A DNA stretch of 63,529 nucleotides, counting the filler, from Choristocarpus tenellus KU-1152 (lineage: Eukaryota; Protista; Phaeophyceae), in assembly GCA_964200185.2 (NCBI GenBank). It is 10 parts of 10 records of this genome, joined end to end, with 100 filler letters (N's around TTAATTAATTAA, not from the genome) between each part and the next. Parts side by side here need not be neighbours in the genome. Positions count along the whole stretch, not along the records: positions 8,654 to 29,210 come from CAXNAD020000390.1; positions 29,311 to 35,653 come from CAXNAD020008348.1; positions 35,754 to 38,615 come from CAXNAD020024133.1; 7 more parts are not named here. One strand, given 5' to 3'. The position numbers and the translations under genes were made by a program. Below the pieces are notes generated by a model. That model worked only from the letters and a program-made list of their open reading frames with translations. It did no database searches and was not told the DNA's origin. This document shows, piece by piece, positions 26,070-38,615 of this stretch (position 1 is its first letter; each line of letters begins with the position of its first letter).

Positions 26070-27510
26070 TGTGTGTTGTGTGTGTGTGTGACCTGGTTGT
26101 GTAGGAAGCTTGGGAATTGATTTTGACAGTTGATGTGAACCCTCGCAGTTTTAGCTGTAGGAAGAAAAGCAAATTGATTTGCTTAGGTCAATTTTTGTTT
26201 GTAGGTTGAAAAAAATATTCAAACTTCAAAGGAAGACTGTTTGACGGGAGAAGGGGAAGTTGTGCTATTTGTTTGCGGAGTTTGTTATACCTGTAAATCT
26301 CACAGCTCCCTTGTCTTGGAGCTATTTGATGTGCATCCAGGTTGATGTGGTGCATCCAGGTTGATGTGGTGACGCACGAATCCCCTCTTCCACGATCCAC
26401 GCTAGGATCTTGGCGTTTTGTTTATGCTTTCCCTGTTTAAAAGGTACACCTCACCTATTGCCTGCTCCAAGACGTCTGTTAATTGCATTTTTTGCTTTCT
26501 TCACACAGCCTCAATTGCGCTTTGTGGTTTGCTTGGCCTTCCCTAACCCTAACCCTTGCTCCCCTCCTCGATGGAGCTACCTGGTGATTGTAATGTTAGG
26601 AGTAGTTCAGTTGCCCATTACAGTGGGCTCATCCAATGAAACAACAGTGTTCGAACTCAAAGCAAATCCCTTGCCAATCACTCTGTGGTCTCTCCTTGCC
26701 TCCTCTTTCTGTAACTGAAATACCTTGAAGTACGGGCTTGAATTACTTGTCAGTATCAGTAGGGTCCTGGTTTGATCTTGTAGAGGACCGCTGTATGTAG
26801 GGTTCTGAATCGAGAGGACTTATGGGCATGCATTTTTTTCAGCTCGAACCAATCGATGCACTCGATTGAATTGAAGATTGCATGTGAAGTGCAGAGGGAG
26901 GATTCTTTAATTAGCAGATCAGAGAAGAGCCTGCAGTGCTCACTCGCACATGAGAAAAGGACAACTCTATCTGAAATGTGCTCGTTTATTTCCTCGACTG
27001 TTCTTTGATTTGTATGAATTGTAGCAATTAAAGGAGGTATATACCTTACGAGGTCAATTTCTATCTATACTTCCCCTTGCAAGACATGGAAGAAATAGTC
27101 ACTCCCTAAAAGATGAAGATTAAGGTACACCTAATCCCCCCCCCCCCCCCCCCCCCCTCCCCAGCCCTGTTCGTATCACAAAACAAGGCTTGCTCTCTGG
27201 AAGGCATGGCACTAAGTGCTCAACAAGCCTGCTTTATTTTGTACCATATGTCAGGACCCAGACCCTGCCCCTCAGTATCCCCTGCCCCCCTCCCTGGTAC
27301 CCACGTTTTGGTCACTGGCAGGGAGTGCCGTATATGTTCAACTCCCCCAGCCTTCTCTTTGATCTGTCGGGACAACATGTGTCTGCCACCCTCCCTGGGT
27401 GGGGCACTGGCATGGCTCGGAAGATGTCAATGTGGGAGCGTCTCCAGAATGTCATCTTCCCTCGTGCCCTTTCTGTGTTTCTCACACCTGCGTTTATTGG
27501 CATGAACAAG
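23572..27510 (+). CDS. GT1-family UDP-glycosyltransferase (partial, 6 exons)
   Basis: Exons 23572-23762, 23937-24011, 24066-24176, 24529-24649 (GC donor), 25379-25924 and 27322-27510 are all in phase. Features: hydrophobic N-terminus, ILFVSIGFYGHAVPLLAIAEEIANRGHTVTFAT (catalytic His motif), FDLMVLD…DLAHKLGVPYMFN, KMSMWERLQN. The C-terminal nucleotide-sugar domain is not found on this contig. Confidence 0.88.
25925..26090. repeat. (GT)n microsatellite starting at the splice donor, with a small gap
   Basis: Directly visible. Confidence 0.9.
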
Positions 27511-29942
27511 GTACACTGAAAAAAATGTAGACAGATTCTACGGGAATATATATTTTTTGTTCCCTCCCTCCCCCCTCCCCCCTCCCCCCCTTCTCTCTTC
27601 CGTTCCAGGTGTTTACATCTTGTCCCTTATCTGTCAATCTTTAATGTATTGTAGGGTACATTGTCTTGTAAAATTTGGCGGGTGTTGTGGTACCAGCCTT
27701 TTGTTTTTTATTTTTTTTTAATTTTTGTCAATGATCTTGCTTAAAAAAATAAAAAATAATGTTTGCTTTTGTGCCATGAGAAGTTTGAAAGGAATATACA
27801 TGAACTATTTTGTTGAAATCCTCTTGCTTGTTATGCTTCACACATATTTTTTGGTATCGAGAGTCCCAGGTTTTTGCTGCTACTCTAGAATGTTGGAGTC
27901 TGGGTTTTGTCGGTGCATGGGTGTGACTTGACTTAAGAGAAGCTCAAAATAGCATGAGAGGCAGTGAGATTGGCAACCCCCCCTCAATAAAACGTATTCT
28001 TTGTAAATATCTCTTGTTCCTATCTCTAAGGCCAACCAGGTTCTGTAACTGCGATAGTGTGTTGACTACCCTCTTGAACAGGACGTGCAGGAGTGGGGAC
28101 TAATTGTTTTGGATGGATAAATCTTCCGTCGAATATGGCCCTGTATCAATTGTTGCCCTGCTTTGAACTGTGGCTAGTGCAAATGTTGAGTCCTCACCCT
28201 GGGAGATGCTTGACCCATCCCTAACCCTAATCCTGTCTCCTGCGATAGCCCCTTGGCGACCCGATGCCAAAGAATTACGTTGGCCAAGTATCAACCGTTG
28301 CCCCAACTGCTCCATCACCATTTTGTTGCTCCACCTGTAATGCGGGGGGGGTTTATGTATCATTTGCATGTCACCTGCGACTTTGGAGAAGCACAGCGTC
28401 AAGACCCTCGAGGAATTCACTTTTCATTGAGCCCTTGGAAGCAGCTCCGTTGCCCTCAGTATAGCCCCTCACAAACTCTCTCCCCCCCCAAACCCCCCTC
28501 CCCTCCCCACCTGCTGCTACCCACCCCCTGCCTTACTACTGCGTGTGTTAAAAACGGTATGGCAATGCATGTCTTCGAAAGTGTAGGCCAGGCGGGAGAT
28601 TGGTCTTGAACCATTCCACGCACAGGATGACATATTCTTTGGCGCACGTATCCTTGTTAACACTGCCTTTGGATTAGAGTATCGACACAGTCTGGGACCC
28701 CTTGTTGAGATGACTGGACCATTGCTACCGCCAGCCATTGCCCGAGAGCTTTCTGCTAGTTCCAGATCCTTGCTTGGGGCACCCACCCTCTCCCATACTC
28801 CTGGTGATAAGGAGGGCAAGGTTGTGGAAGGGAAAGGGGATAGGGGCGTTGTTGGGAACGGAGAGGAGGGGGAGTGGCAGGAGGAGTGGGGAAGTGGTGC
28901 TCTTGCACTGCCTTTCCTCATCTCCAGCTGGTTGAGGGGTTCGTCTGGGCTTGTTGCACCAGGCACATTGGCTGCGGAAGCGGCTTCCAAGGCCGCAAAG
29001 TTGAGTGGGGGGTGGGATGGAGGGGGTGGAGGAGGCACAGCAGCAGCTAAGAGTCAACTGTTGGAGGATAGGTGGTTTAGCAATGCCTCGGTTGACAAGG
29101 ACAAGGGAGTAACTGCTAGTGACAGTGCCGCTATGAGGGTTGATATGGGAGCAGGAGGGCAAGAGAGCCTCAGGGAAGGAGGGTGTGGTGGGGGCGGGGA
29201 GGAACAGTTGNNNNNNNNNNNNNNNNNNNNNNNNNNNNNNNNNNNNNNNNNNNNTTAATTAATTAANNNNNNNNNNNNNNNNNNNNNNNNNNNNNNNNNN
29301 NNNNNNNNNNGGCCTACCAAAATGTTTGATTTGCCTGGGTAATAGCCTTTTGCATCACGGGGGGGGGGGGGAGGTTCTCACACTCAATGTGCTTGTTCAT
29401 GGACGAAACTGGACAACTGGAACATAAAGTTTTTCGATATGGTTCGTCATCTAACACTTTAATACCTATCCTTCAGAAGCTGTGCTAGCATGTTGGCGAG
29501 GGTGCAGAGGGAATCGTTTTCGTTTTTTTTTTTTTTTCGAATCTGTTTAGGCTGAACTTCGTACCAGGTGAGGTCAATTAGATACACACAATCAAGGGGT
29601 ATTGTACACAATTGATACACACGTTTCCCAACAGAAAATTTTAGACATGGTACCAGAATACACCCAGTGCTACAACTAGAACTAAGAGGCAACATGAACC
29701 ACGACACAATATTATACTCGATACTTGATACTTTACACTTGGCGAACAACTCCTGCTCACTCTTGTCTCCTGAGAAGCAAGGATCAAGTCTTTTCCCGAA
29801 AAACTGTTTGAGTTTTGTACGGTAGTATCTATCATCGCAGGGCCATTCCAAATCAACTTCAACTTCAACTTCAACAACAAAACACAATACAACATAACCT
29901 AACTTAACCCACACCAACAACAGGCGCAATGGTGTTACATAC

Positions 29943-31361
29943 CTGATCAGGATTAGAAATGCGATTATCAAGGTTGGACACAGCATAGTACGTGAATCCG
30001 GACATGTACTTCCCCAATACATGCTCGGTAAGACGCTGGCGGAACCGAAGAGCCAGCTCTGCCTGAAAATACTTCAAAAGCTGTGACAGGTAGAGAGGAG
30101 AATCCAGATGGGGGGGGAGACACTAGCATGATTACGAGAGGGTGGTAGCACCTACACAGATTGGGGATTAGGGACGGGGTAAGTGTTTTCTCTTGGATAG
30201 GTCAGTGGGTGGCGGAGTTTTCCATGACGGGCATCTGTCGGCACTGGATTCAGCAAGACACGTGGGTCAAACAAACCCACGACCTTGTAATCCTAGGAAC
30301 GAGCGAGGCACAGATAAAGATCACGTTTTTAAGAAGGATAGCTACGGTAGTGACTCTACATGATGATGCAAAGTTGAGATCTTTGCCCTGCAAGAGAGAG
30401 ACCTTCGCAACGCGAAACTGAGGAGCACGTGAGGCCTCAATGTTGATTGTGCCCACTACCGCACGAAATTGTGCCCAAATAGCAGTCAACATGGTTCCCC
30501 CCTCATCCATCCGATGGTGACTGTTTGCAGTCCCCCGTACTCACAGAGTTAACTGCCGCCAAAGGCACACATAGACGAGCGAAGCGCAAGATGCCTAAGG
30601 TGAACCCGGCCTTGTTCCTTCCCACTATCGCGTGTTCAATTGTGGTAGTGACGTTAAGCATTACAACATCCAAGGACGTCCTGGCCACCAAGAGGCCGGC
30701 AACTGCACCTGCAACAGTTTAAATGAGCAATTGAGCAGGTAGAGGTACGCAGCAATCAGAAGAATGCCAAGTGGATGGTGGAAATACGACGAGAGGGTGG
30801 GTCCAAGATGGACCACCGATGTCAGGACTCTCCGCGCTGCGCACGACAACTCATCCTAATCCTACTCGTATGAGTAACTAGAAATTGACATCTCTATTGG
30901 ACTTGGTATTTCTTCAGCTATGGTATAGGGATCGTCCAGACATGGCAAAGTTGGAACGGGTCTCACCTAGACAACCGACCTCCAACGAAGCAGGACCAGG
31001 GACCATCACTCCTAGCAATCGGTAGATACGTCTTACGAACGCCTGGGGATAAAAATATCGGGTTGGGGGGGAGGGGGGGGGGAGGGATGTTCGCGGCGTC
31101 GTACTCGTTCGGTAGTAAGCACAACCTATCTCGAGTTTGCTATAGACGAAACCACCGTTGAACAAGATGTACGGTTCTTACCATATCCACACGGGGCTTC
31201 TTTAACCTTCCTCGTCTACCCTCAGAAAATCCACTCGTACCACCTTCCGTAGGTGAAGAAATCTGCGACTTAGAGTAATTCTTGACGAGGATGAGAGTCA
31301 CGATCATGGTAACGAAGGAGACACTGTTCGATTGCATCAGTCGCTTCCGTGCCGTAGACAT
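29943..31361 (-). CDS. Peroxisomal ABC transporter, subfamily D (PMP70/ABCD3-like), first 4 exons
   Basis: Exons 31361-31182, 31042-30967, 30708-30545 and 30080-29943 are in phase: …PRVDMAFVRRIYRLLGVMVP…LLVARTSLDV…AAVNSLLKYFQAELALRFRQRLTEH…FTYYAVSNLDNRISNPDQ. The last segment is the ABCD signature TYYxxxNLDxRIxNPDQ. Confidence 0.93.
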
Positions 31362-31936
31362 ATTGGAAACCTAAGTACGACTGTCAACTTAGCAAGTTCA
31401 GTTTGAAGATCTATGATTATCGTCCACCCCCCTCCGTGGCCCCTCCTCGTCGTCACCAACAATTGGCAGAAAGTAACCTTGGTGCTACTTGTGGTGGGGT
31501 ACATATATTACTTGCAATAAATTTCGAGTTGAGGTTTCATTACCTTGGGTGGATGTGAAGGGTGTCGTTTTGAGATTTGAAGGATGGGGGAGGGGCACAG
31601 GATTCGAGGACAGAATATTGCAGGAACGGAGTGTTTATAGGTTTGTGTCAACGTCGATTGCTCTCCTTGCTACTAAAAGCTTACAACATCAGCAGCCCTC
31701 GTTACCCTAGCTTCCTAGGAGTGCTGCAATATACAAAGGAAAAGCTAAGGAGTTTGCGTCTGTTTGAGAACACATGGTGCGCTACATTTAAATTCACTTT
31801 TGAGTTCCAGAGTGTTATCCAGTGTGTCGGGGTCACTACCCTGTATTTTTCTCAATTCTTTTCATCGTTAACAACATGTTACCTCCCCTCTGTGTTATCT
31901 GTTATGCGGTCTGAATTTCCACGTGAAATTGTATAG

Positions 31937-32528
31937 CCTGCTCGGAATAGCAGCAGGAGGAGTCATGGGGGTAGCCCTCGATCCGTCAGGTCGGGGCGCT
32001 CTGGACGATCTCGGGCTTCGCGAGCCTCAATGGGAACATCACGAGGATCTCGTGCCTCTGTCAACAAGCCTCTCAACCCGGGGATGACTCCAATGGAAAT
32101 GGAAAGAGCCCTCGACGAGGCGGTCGTTCCAATGGAGAGAAAATGGCGTACTGGACTCTGCAGTTGTGGGGGAAGTTTTTCGGCCTGTAAGCATTGGGCG
32201 CGAGTGAAGATCGAATTATGACCGCTGCATAACGATTTAAATAACGATTGTGAGATTGATTCGTGTCAAGGTTGGTGTAGGACCTTGCATTGGGGTGGAT
32301 CGAGGTGGCGTGTAAGGACAAAGCTGATCCTGTCCCTTTCCCCTTCCTCTCCGCCTGGCCATCCCCTCTGATATTGTGTGCCCTTTAGGTTGGTACGGAT
32401 TTTTTTGCATTCCGTGTGCGCTGGCCACGGCCAGGCACCGTTTTGATGGTTCTTCTTGGTGGATAAACCTTTTCTGCCTTAACGCCTCTGTTGGACGGAA
32501 CATCATCCGCGAAGGGTACATGATTGAG
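31937..32528 (+). CDS. PLAC8-family cysteine-rich protein (partial)
   Basis: Exons 31937-32186 and 32389-32528: KWRTGLCSC…CWYGFFCIPC…RNIIREGYMIE, PLAC8 motifs. First and last exons not confidently located. Confidence 0.82.
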
Positions 32529-34892
32529 GTGAGCGCGAAGAGTGCCATAGTACATATATGAAGATGAAAAGCGGACACTACCCGGCCCATGATTCATAGG
32601 AAAAAAACTCTCTGTAGTGTTCTTTGGGTGTAGATGCACTCCTTTCGTGCACAGAAACTCCACAAGTTGTTGAGACATTCTCACATAGTGATGATGGAGA
32701 AGCAAAGCAATACTGAACCTTCATGGCTCTTTCTTTGTATATGCTGGGCCAAGTGTGTATCGCTCTGAGCAACACATGGATGCCATTTTATCGCTGCCAT
32801 TGGTGTTGATTCAAGGGGTCTATTGCAACATTGTTAGAGGCGACCAACCCAAGATCAGTCCACCCTTCTTGAGGTATACTTACTAAAACGTTCTACTCTT
32901 TGTAATGTAACTGGGCCACACACTCACCAACCTACTGCTATGTTGAAATTCTTTCATTTTGGGAGTTGACAAGACTTCAATTGTGGAAAGAGACTGATTG
33001 TTGATGATGTACTTCAAATATTGAAACGAAATTGCTTTGTATCCACACTCGGTACATTTTTGGAACTTGTTGTCAGGGTTACTTAATTGAACAGATGCCT
33101 TGCTGGTCTTGGTCTTCTGGTACCTACAGTGCTGGGGTGCATACTCAATAGTAGTGGTTTCTTGCTTGACATCCTCTACTCTCAAATACACTACGGCGCA
33201 CCCAAGAAATGATCTACAACTCTATCTATTTTACTACTACATTGTAAACAGTATTGGTGCAGTGGAGTGGACGTAACCAAATCTCATGTGCCATGACATA
33301 CCTCCATCGTGTGCTGTAGTTGAGGTCTTGTTGGTTCAATGAATGCTTCGCATCAGAACAACATTGTATCTGCTCTTATCGGTATTAAAGCCATTCAGAA
33401 CATGTGCACTACTTCTTCCACATTGTAAGGGCGTATTGTGCGGGTGTAAGACTGGGGTAAGTCTCCCCACATCACTCACATCATTGAAAAAGCTTTTCCA
33501 ATAGAGAGTGAGCGTTCAGGATGATGCAATGTTATGTCGGTACGACCTTCCAATTCCCACACTTCATTCACCAGGGCACTGTTTTGTGGACAGGGAAAAA
33601 CACAACTCCCACTGACAGGCATCTCATAGGCAATCGTCTGTAGAGTACACATCTTGGCAAGGAGTGTCATTCATGGCATAAACTCTCACAGTCTGTTTCT
33701 GTTTGTGTACTGGTACTATGAATATAATAAGTCACCCACAGTACCCGAGGGTTATACAGCTAGTACAGAAAAACCTTCTTTTGTTGTTCTATGTTTTGCG
33801 AAACCTACCTCACACGCAATTGTCACACAGAGGGTTTGTGTACATAGTTTTACGCAGGTTGGGTTTGTGTACATAGTTGCAGTAACGTGTACGCGTCGCC
33901 CCTCCTTTTATCTCACTGTCCTGGATGGTGCATATACCTCTACTCAAACCGGGGGGACCCATTCATTGTACAGATTGTGACATGATTTTTCCAGAGAGGG
34001 TGCCCTAAGTAGTGCAGCCTATGGTGATAGATTTCCCCGTTTCATACACGCTTGGGTGGGTCAATCCCCCCCCCCCCTCCAAGATTGGATTATCATACCT
34101 CCGAAGCATTTTAGGGTCTGGAAGAGGTGTTGCCATCACGAATATGAATTGAAGTCACTCCCTATTTTGAGGACCCCACCGTGGTGTTGCGCAGTAGCTA
34201 TTCTAACAGGATGATGATGGATGCATGTGTGCTCCAGTCAACTTTTTTGTGTTACCACAGTACTTTGGACAGGTAGGTGTTGGTTCAGTAGACGCAGGTG
34301 ACTGCGAAGATTCCATCTGTCGCAACAAAACCGGTACCTTCCTACTGTGACAGGTGCAGGTATCCCAAGTCAGTACGTACGCGTTTCTTTTGGGGTACTG
34401 TTTGTGTATCCATGGAAGGCGCACAAAGTGTGACCCAGCAGTTTTCACATCTCTGAATTGACCACACTGCCTGTTCCCCACATTAGACAACGCATGAAAA
34501 CCGCTATCGCTTTTGATGGAGGGATTGCTTGCCCTGGAGCCACCACAGGGGCACCTTTTCTGTACCTGGCGCTTTTCCTCCTCCCCCTCCCCCAGAAAAG
34601 AGAAAATAATAGCTCTGCAGAGGTTGGAGGTTTCCCCCCTCGCCGAGTATTGTAAGTGAGATAAATAATCTGTAACATTGGTGGTGACGCAGGTGTTGCT
34701 TCTGAAAAAGAAAGGTATTTCTCCAGATGACAGGATGATAGTGGTGCGACGCTGTGAGTATTCATTTCAGTGTCTAAAGCGTGATTGTGCTGTCATCCAG
34801 TCCTGTCCAAGGAATACTGTACCTACGTCCTGATCTTACTCTGCCTCAATTTTGTTTTTTCTTTTCAGCAGTTTTGCTCTGTGGAGTGCTCT

Positions 34893-35045
34893 TCAACATA
34901 ATAGTAATAATAGTACTTATGATGGCCAAATAAGTTCAAATTAATAATAGTACTTATGATGGCTAAATAAGTTCAACATAATAATAGTACCTATGATGGC
35001 TAAATAAGTTCAGCATAATAATGTACTTACAATGGCTAAATAAGT
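34893..35045. repeat. ~32-bp minisatellite x4
   Basis: taataatagtacttatgatggctaaataagttcaaca-like units. Confidence 0.88.
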
Positions 35046-35879
35046 TGGGACTAGTGCTGCAGACACAAGTATATTGACATAAAACCCGCCCTAGAGCAAT
35101 AGTAGCACCTTTTACCCTATGATCACTTAGACCTGCACTTCCTCTAGAATTTCCCCATGTTATTTATGGCAGTTGAAGGTGTACCTTCCACAGACAGAAG
35201 CATTATTCAAACTTAAGTAAAAAGAAGAAAATAATGAATATTAAAAAAACAAGAGCAGGAACAGTTTTGTTATTTTTTAACATGGTTGAAATAATATTTT
35301 AAGATTAACTTCAGGGTGTACTTCCACAAAATGAGTAGGGAATGTTCTTGTGATCAGTACAAACTATTTTTGTTTTTTTGTAACACATTTTTTTAATTTG
35401 CAAAATAGGTAATATGATACCATTGTATATCTCATGTGTAGGATTGAAGTGTGACTTAATTTATCAATGCAATGTAGGCACTAATGCAATGTATGTGTAT
35501 GTGTGAGTCATGTTATCATTGAAATGATGAAAAGAGGCGAGAGAGATAGAACTCTTCAGCCCTCAACTTTTTTTTCTATAGTGGAATACCCCCCCCCCCC
35601 CAACAATTCACACACATGGCTTTTGTTATTTTACAATAAAATTTACCCCAAAANNNNNNNNNNNNNNNNNNNNNNNNNNNNNNNNNNNNNNNNNNNNTTA
35701 ATTAATTAANNNNNNNNNNNNNNNNNNNNNNNNNNNNNNNNNNNNNNNNNNNNCGGGCCCTTCCAAGTGCAAATACAGTTGCAAAAAAAAACTTTTCAGT
35801 ACTTTTTCAAGACCGTTTTCGCAGAACAACCATCCTCATAGCCCCGCTCCATCCTCAATTTTTAAAATCCACAGCTTCC

Positions 35880-36002
35880 AGAACATCGATATTTACACTA
35901 CCTAACAAACACGATAGCCAAAATTACATCAAAATCGCGACCTTGGATTTTGACGCCCAAATGGACGCGGCTCTACCCTCTAAGATAAAGATACTTTGGC
36001 TC
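35880..36002. mobile_element. MITE family B right half
   Basis: cctaacaaacacgatagccaaaattacatcaaaatcgc...gatactttggctc. Confidence 0.8.
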
Positions 36003-36434
36003 TTGTACATTCTGCAGCTAACTATGGAAGATAATAAGTTCAACGAACCTACATCAGCAACACTTGGGACAACTTGTAGTAAGGATGAAACCGCACAACA
36101 ATTTTTGTTCGTAATGGAATATGCCTTCACTCGACCAAACCATCCAATCACAACTCAATATGATTTCCAAACACCACACCCCGTAAACCCACTTGGTCAA
36201 TACACCAGTGACGATATCAATGCAGAAGATACTGTTTAGAGGTATGTCCCTTAGTTTGTTGGGTAGACTTCAACATCATACATAATATCTTTATCAAAAC
36301 AAAAAAACACGGCACCAATCCTCCAACAGTCACCTTCAGCCCCTCAACTGGTGCCATCTAGTTTTGTCTTCTTATCTGAATTTTGATGACCCCATTAGAG
36401 TTGACGTACCCATTTCCATGTGATGTGCTAAACA

Positions 36435-36723
36435 GGCTCGAAGTATCTGGCGGGGGGGGTGGCGGCTGTCCATTTTGGGTCAATTTTTTCATATCGCGAT
36501 TTTTGGGTGATTCGGTTGCATACTTCAGATGGATAATGCAAGGCACGTTTCCTGATTTTGGGCCAAATGGACACTCTGGTGTAGACGCTAAATGCAAACG
36601 CGAACAGAGGCCCAAAACNNNNNNNNNNTTAAGTTGGATATGGCAGGGCACTTTTCTTGTTTTGGGGCAAAATGGACCCTCTGTTTTAGCCCCCCCCCCC
36701 CCCCCCCCCAGATACTTTGAGTC
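36435..36723. mobile_element. MITE family A1 copy spanning a 10-N gap
   Basis: ggctcgaagtatct...agatactttgagtc, flanked by aca/aca. Confidence 0.8.
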
Positions 36724-36949
36724 ACATCTCTTCTAGTTTGTTTTTTTTCCATTTCAAGCACTGACTTTCTCTTATCGCCAGGTCTTACAAGTAGTATGGG
36801 AAAAGGGAAAAAGAAAAATTCAGTGCCACACCCAGTCTATCCAATCTGAACACCACTCAAGCTTATCACACAAAAGTAAAGAGGAACGCATGAAGAATTG
36901 ACCCAAAAGGATAAAGATAACGAGACAAGAAGAAGCGTTTAGCACATAG

Positions 36950-38200
36950 TGGTGAGTGAATGCGGATGAACCTTGATCTTCTGCTTGGGCTGCCGTCTTA
37001 GCACCATGTTCATCGCCTATCATAGTTTATCTTTGGCATGCCACCAGTCCACGAAACTCTTTGTTCCATCAACCACGCACTATTACTTACCTGTACCACC
37101 TATGCTGGAGTGTTTATGCCCTTCTATCCCATCCCTGAACTGTGAGGTCAAACTCCAATACCAACTGAGAGGTTGGCAGGTTTGGGCCCTTTTGCATTCT
37201 AAGCCATCTTTCTTACCCTGTGCAATACACTCTATTTCATTGGTTGATGTGCACAACAGTGTAGGCAAAATTGATAATCCCCCTTTTCGCACACAAAGTG
37301 ACACCACGAATCAGCAAAGGCTCTTTCCGCAATTACGCAGAATAGCATATTTTTGCCCTTTCTGGAATCCTTCAAATGCAACCCTGCCTCTCAGTTGGTT
37401 TGACTCTTATTAGGAGAAGTATGTGTGATTGGTGTGTTCTAATATCCTTATGAAACCCCATGCAGCATAGGGGGAATTTGTAATGCTGAGAGTCTAGCTT
37501 CACATTGTGGAACCCCTTGTATATCCATATGTCAGTCATATAATAACAGAACGTCAAGGCCTCAAGTGTGCGAAACTTATGGTCAAGCAATATTCACCTT
37601 CCTGTGGTTCTGTCATAAAGCACATGGCTGGACTTGCTGAAACAACACCAGCCTCTTTGAACCTATTTGTTTAATCTTGAAAATGGTATCAGTTTCATCA
37701 TTAATGGCGCCTCGAAGGCAAACAAACTTGTTCTCAAGTCTTGTAGTTCTGGCCTAAAGTACACGTATGAACGTATGTGTGCAGCCTTGTTGGGAAACGG
37801 AAGGTGAATGGTTTTAACTTCCTACTCAGGCACGACCAGTCCTAATTTCCTCGTTAGTCACCTTCATAATCACTGTCGTCATCTACCGACAGACTTCCTT
37901 GGGTCTTAAGACAGTTCCCATGCATCACCAGCATAGAACGTACCCCACAGGCACTGCTCAAGTGCTACCCCACTCCTAGTTGATCCTCCTCCTCTTAACC
38001 ATTCTTTTTTCTAGTAGCTCCCTTGACAACAACCGTGCTGACTAATCTGCAGACTCGATGTGTTCATTGGTGATAGCAACGCCCTTAGAAATGATTCAGT
38101 AGCTGCAGTGAAGATGTTGAAGAGGATGGGGCAATAACATATCCTATAAAAGGCCTTGTCTGACCCCAAACCGGTCCGTACATTCTCTCTATTTCTATCT
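36950..38200 (-). mobile_element. Degenerate RTE-like LINE, RT 3' portion
   Basis: Frameshifted motifs GFGVRQG…PILFNIFTAA…LWGTFYAGDA (LYADD)…LGLVV…; interrupted by a family D MITE. Confidence 0.72.
37151..37406. mobile_element. MITE family D copy inserted in the LINE
   Basis: ccaactgagaggttggcagg...cctgcctctcagttggtttgactc. Confidence 0.85.
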
Positions 38201-38536
38201 ACGATACAACAAAAAGGAACATAGTATGTGGAGAAAAACGATCCTCACCCCCCCCCCCTTCCCTCCTTACACTCCCATCAAACAATTCTTGCTGAAGCAA
38301 CTAGTTTCGAGTAAAGTGCAACTCATTCTCTCCACTGAGCAGACACAGTAACATTATGAGATACACCATAGTGCATGGTGTTTTGATGCAGCAAATGACA
38401 AAAAGCCTATCTATGGTGACCACGTCCTCTCTCTCCCTGTGTTTTGCTGTATTCTCTTTACTGACCTCATGTCCTAATCTCAAGTCAGCCGTCAGCTGTA
38501 AGCACAATCAATCAAGCAGACACAATGACAAAAAGG

Positions 38537-38615
38537 GACTCAAAGTATCTGGGGGGCGGGGGGGGGGGGGTCAACACCCGGGGGCCCATTTGGGTAAAAA
38601 TCAGGAAAAGGGCAT
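38537..38615. mobile_element. MITE family A1 truncated at contig end
   Basis: gactcaaagtatct-polyG-…cccatttggg. Confidence 0.7.

Noticed and set aside
28100-29210. Pro/Ser-rich overlapping ORFs, possibly a LINE ORF1
   Set aside because: No recognisable domain, truncated by the contig end; cannot be supported as a gene.
34893-35045. ~32-bp repeats resembling a CRISPR array
   Set aside because: Tandem, no spacers, no cas genes, eukaryotic context.
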